DNA of 64,000 bases, taken from contig OZ024762.1 of assembly GCA_964016885.1 (NCBI GenBank), positions 21,700,001 through 21,764,000 of the forward strand. The letters are read 5' to 3'. Every line of letters starts with the position of its first letter. Within the stretch, counting starts at the first letter, position 1. Of the stretch, positions 60,111 to 64,000 are shown one piece after another. The notes under the pieces were generated by a model. That model worked only from the letters and a program-made list of their open reading frames with translations. It had not been told where the DNA came from and did no database searches. The translations under genes were made by a program, and so were the position numbers. Origin of the DNA: Eledone cirrhosa. Its lineage: Eukaryota.

Positions 60111-60694
60111 ATAATTGCCTTATGTTGTTTATTACATAATAATAATTAAGCTCTGTTGCTTACATAGAGCACTCTTTTTTCCTGGACTTTTCCGACGGAA
60201 TTACTTCATTTATATATATATTTATATATATATATATATATACAAATATAAATTTATACTTCATTTATATATACATTTATATATATATATATATATACAA
60301 ATATAAATTTAGCGAGAATCGCGGGTGGAAATGAGCGAAAAGCAACTTCCATATTGTGCAGACAAGCGCTCCATGCATATGAAGGGATAGCAGAGCTAGA
60401 AGCATATATATATATATGTATAGTCTTTTAAGACTATACAGAGCATTTGATGTTATTCCAAATTGAAGGATGAGTGTTTCAAACTTTGTTTTATCATGAG
60501 TTAAAGGTCTATAGATTTTTCCATGGATTTTACTAAATTCTGTGGATGAATTTGTATCCTGATTCTCTTTTGAGATGAGTTTGAGTTATTTTTCCTAAAT
60601 CTTTCGTTAACTACTTTTCCCATCTTGACGTTATAGTCGCATATATGTTATAGAATGCCGTTAGCTTCTTGCTAAAACAATCTCTATACGTCTC

Positions 60695-60747
<53 letters not shown>

Positions 60748-61143
60748 CAATGTGTGTGTCTGTGTGTGTGTGTGTGGCGGGTGTATTTGTGCGTGTGTGT
60801 TTCTGTGTTTGATGAAGTTTGCCGTGTAAGTGTATCTCAGCAAACACTTCAGCGGCTGTGTCGTATCTATTACTAAGAAGATGAGAGCTCTTAACTATCC
60901 AAGCCAGCCCACCTCTACACATATTTGTTAAGTTGTTGTGTGTTTATTTGCTTTATAATGTATGTTTGTTTGTTTATGGTCTGATGCTAACTTCTAAGTG
61001 TATATTGTGTGTATGTGTGTGTGTATATATACACATGCACAAACAATCCCCTTATATATATATATATATATACAAACATGTATATATATGTATATATATA
61101 TATATATGCATATATATGTATATATATATACATATATATATAC

Positions 61144-61218
<75 letters not shown>

Positions 61219-61337
61219 CATATATATATACACATATATATATACATATATATATACATATATATATACATATATATATACACATATATATACACATATA
61301 TATACATATATATATATACATATATATGCATATATAC

Positions 61338-61368
<31 letters not shown>

Positions 61369-61478
61369 TATATATGTATACATACATACATTTTTATATA
61401 TATATATACATTTTTTCAGATGCTTGCCCCCGCCCCCCCCAAAAAAAATGTATGTACACTTTGATTACCTGTATATAA

Positions 61479-61554
<76 letters not shown>

Positions 61555-61560
61555 TATATA

Positions 61561-61638
61561 TAACAAAGGAAATGTGGTAAGGAACCAGAAATAGCCGTCG
61601 AAACGGCTTGAGCTCTGCCGTCGGGGTCATACTCTTTC

Positions 61639-61642
<4 letters not shown>
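61561..61642. mobile_element. Minimal PLE tail-to-tail remnant (family of 16620/17037)
   Basis: Inverted extension end (taacaaaggaaatgtggtaaggaaccag) fused at ccag to aaatagccgtcgaaacggcttgagctctgccgtcggggtc...cctat. Confidence 0.75.
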
Positions 61643-61675
<33 letters not shown>

Positions 61676-62140
61676 TATATGTGTGAAGAATGTGTATATA
61701 CATACACACACACAGTGTTTGTATGTTTGCGTGTCCTTGTCTCTCTATGCCTGTATGTGTGGCGGGTTAATCCTTTCTTATTTGTTAAGCAGTAGTTGAT
61801 AGGTATCTATAAAGTTATAAAGAGGATTGTCAGTGGGTTATAAGTTAGCGATAAATCAGAGGAGGATCCTTGGGTTAGGTTCCCTACTCAGCACCCGAAT
61901 CCTTACATGTCATAAAGTTGATTTAGATGCTTTGCTTCTTTCACACTCCACTGATTATTGCTGGAAACAACACAACTGGCGTGATGCTTGAACGGGTCAG
62001 CAACTAGTATCAAACAGATAGTTTATTATTGTTATTGTTATTTATATTTTATTGGTTTAAATGCGTGTGTGACGGAAGGGGGACTTTGAAGGTAAATAAG
62101 TCATGTGTTGACCAGTGTGGTCGAGCAAGCTACTATATAT

Positions 62141-62986
62141 ATCAGGGGGCTTGAAAAGTTTATTACGGTGTTTCTTTTTCAACATATACTCCATCTAGGT
62201 CAATACTTATCTGCAAGTCATGATACCAGCCTTTAAGTCCATCTCTGTAAAACTGAGGGTCCATCTCTGTAAAACTGAGGGTCCATCTCTGTAAAACTGA
62301 GGGTCCATCTCTGTAAAACTGAGGGTCCATCTCTGTAAAACTGAGGGTCCATCTCTGTAAAACTGAAGGTCCATCTCTGTAAAACTGAGAGTCCATCTCT
62401 GTAAAACTGAGAGTCCATCTCTGTAAAACTGAGAGTCCATCTCTGTAAAACTGAGAGTCCATCTCTGTAAAACTGAGAGTCAATCTCTGTAAAACTGAGG
62501 GTCCATCTCTGTAAAACTGAGGGTCCATCTCTGTAAAACTGAGGGTCCATCTCTGTAAAACTGAGGGTCCATCTCTGTAAAACTGAGGGTCTGATTTAAA
62601 CCATGTCAAAGCAGCTTTTTTTTGTTACATCAGCTGGGGATCATCTTCAACCTCATCTCTTCCACTTCTAAAATGACTTATCCATTTGTAGGTTGTTGAT
62701 TTCTGTGGGGCATTGTTCCCATAAACTTGCTCCAGAGTGTCAATGATTTGGCTGCCCTTCCATCCAAGCTTCACCAAGTATTTGATGTTTTGATGGAGGC
62801 CATGTTGCTCGAGTGGGTGCTGACTTCCAACTGGCGGTGCCACGTTGCAACATGCATTTAAGGGTTCATGTCAGAACATTTTATGATACGTTAGTATGAG
62901 AACGTACCGGTGCATTGAGAAACGAATCCCTGCATATGATTTTTAGCAATGGACTTATTCTACGAACGTTTTGAAACCCCCTCGTA
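62141..62986 (-). mobile_element. Internally deleted mariner element (transposase N-terminal HTH and C-terminal remnants, TIRs)
   Basis: IKYLVKLGWKGSQIIDTLEQVYGNNAPQKSTTYKWISHFRSGRDEVEDDP (Mos1-type HTH) and WFKSDPQFYRDGLKGWYHDLQ...IDLDGVYVEK; right end gaaaccccctcg-TA, left end cagggggcttgaaaagtt. Confidence 0.88.
62237..62591. repeat. 16 x 22-bp tandem array inside the mariner remnant
   Basis: gtccatctctgtaaaactgagR; 352 bp plus gtc. Confidence 0.95.
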
Positions 62987-62989
62987 TAT

Positions 62990-63895
62990 AGAAACAAAGG
63001 AGCTGATCGTTAGATCGGACCAAGGAAACAACCTTGTTGAGTTTTCCATTGCTGATACTGGGTTAGTCGCAATACCTAGCAGAAGAAAGAAGCTAATTAT
63101 TTGTCCATGTGTCAAGGGAACAATATTATATTTACTGTGCGATCACAGTATACATAGAAGAAATATATCTATACCATACGAGGGCCTGCTCAAAAGTTCC
63201 TGGATTTGGGTAAAAGACAATACAGGAGGATCAGTAAATTATGATTTTATTCAACATATTCCACTCTCAGATTCACACACTTATTGCAGTAGTCCTACCT
63301 CTCCTGTGAAGATAACAACTATACATATAGACAAAGAAATGAGCTGATCGTTAGATTGGACCAAGGAAACAATAAATCTGTTTGGTTTTCTATTGCTGGT
63401 ACTGTGTTGGTAGCAATACCTAGCAATACCTGGTAGAAGAAAGACGCTGATTATTTGACCAGATCAAGGAAACAATGTTTCTATTGTTCTTATCCAATGC
63501 TGATACTATCTGTTGATTACAACTCCTCCTGGGAGAAGTAAGAAGTTCACCATCAGATTAGACCAAAAAACAATGTTTCTATTTTATTTCCATTGCTGAT
63601 ACTATCTGCCAATCGCAACACTTAGCAGTAGAAAGAAGGTAATCGTCAGATCGGAAAGAAGGAAACAATATTTCCATTAGTCTTCCCATTAGTAATACTT
63701 TCTGTCGCTTGCAACTCCTGATAGAAGGAGCAACATCAAATAAAATATATTGCTCAAGAACAGAGCGCTCCCTACTGTCAAGGAATCGAACCCACGACCT
63801 TTTTGTGAGTCCAGTACCATAACCCCTTGGCCATATACCAGTCACTAACAAATAAAAAGAAAAGGCCATCAGATTAGACCAAGGGAACAATGAGA
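62990..63895 (-). repeat. Family B SINE (63645-63840) with tandemly reiterated, diverged copies of its 3' region
   Basis: agatYRgaccaaggaaacaat...cattgctgatact recurs about 6 times and is the reverse complement of 27775-27835. Confidence 0.7.
63177..63295 (-). mobile_element. 3' end of a second mariner family
   Basis: TA-cgagggcctgctcaaaagttcctgg TIR; minus strand encodes NKCVNLRVEYVE*. Confidence 0.75.
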
Positions 63896-64000
63896 TGGTG
63901 TGGTGTTTGTTATCAATTAATGGGTTTTTATCACAAAGATGAGTTTGGTGACCTCGCACTCTGCCCCAGCTATCCCTGGCTACAACACATACAAAAGAAA

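Overview
Eukaryotic non-coding DNA, intergenic or deep intronic. It is very rich in microsatellites: (TA)n, (CA)n, (CATA)n, (GGT)n and (CTT)n. The dominant tRNA-derived SINE and the repeat landscape resemble octopod cephalopod genomes; this is recognition from memory, not a database match. No intact host gene is visible, and almost all long ORFs in the track are simple-repeat artefacts. The real coding remnants all come from transposons: a Tx1/L1-like 3' end (zf-RVT), RTE-clade LINE fragments, a Penelope-like (PLE) reverse transcriptase fragment and mariner transposase remnants. The most interesting signal lies in the short unique-looking islands between (TA)n tracts. About 12 type-I hammerhead ribozyme skeletons from several unrelated families occur there, often in tail-to-tail inverted PLE termini. 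About 10 copies of a covarying bulged-hairpin plus palindrome motif, RCTC-[stem-loop]-TN-GAGY-RCTH, also occur; where a short terminus is visible, the motif begins a few nt beyond it. Other notable items are a SINE insertion with a 172-bp fold-back duplication of its target inside a 19-bp TSD, and tandem arrays born inside TE coding remnants (63x59 bp with a 27-unit higher-order duplication in an RTE; 16x22 bp in a mariner). All motifs were read by eye, and element boundaries are approximate.
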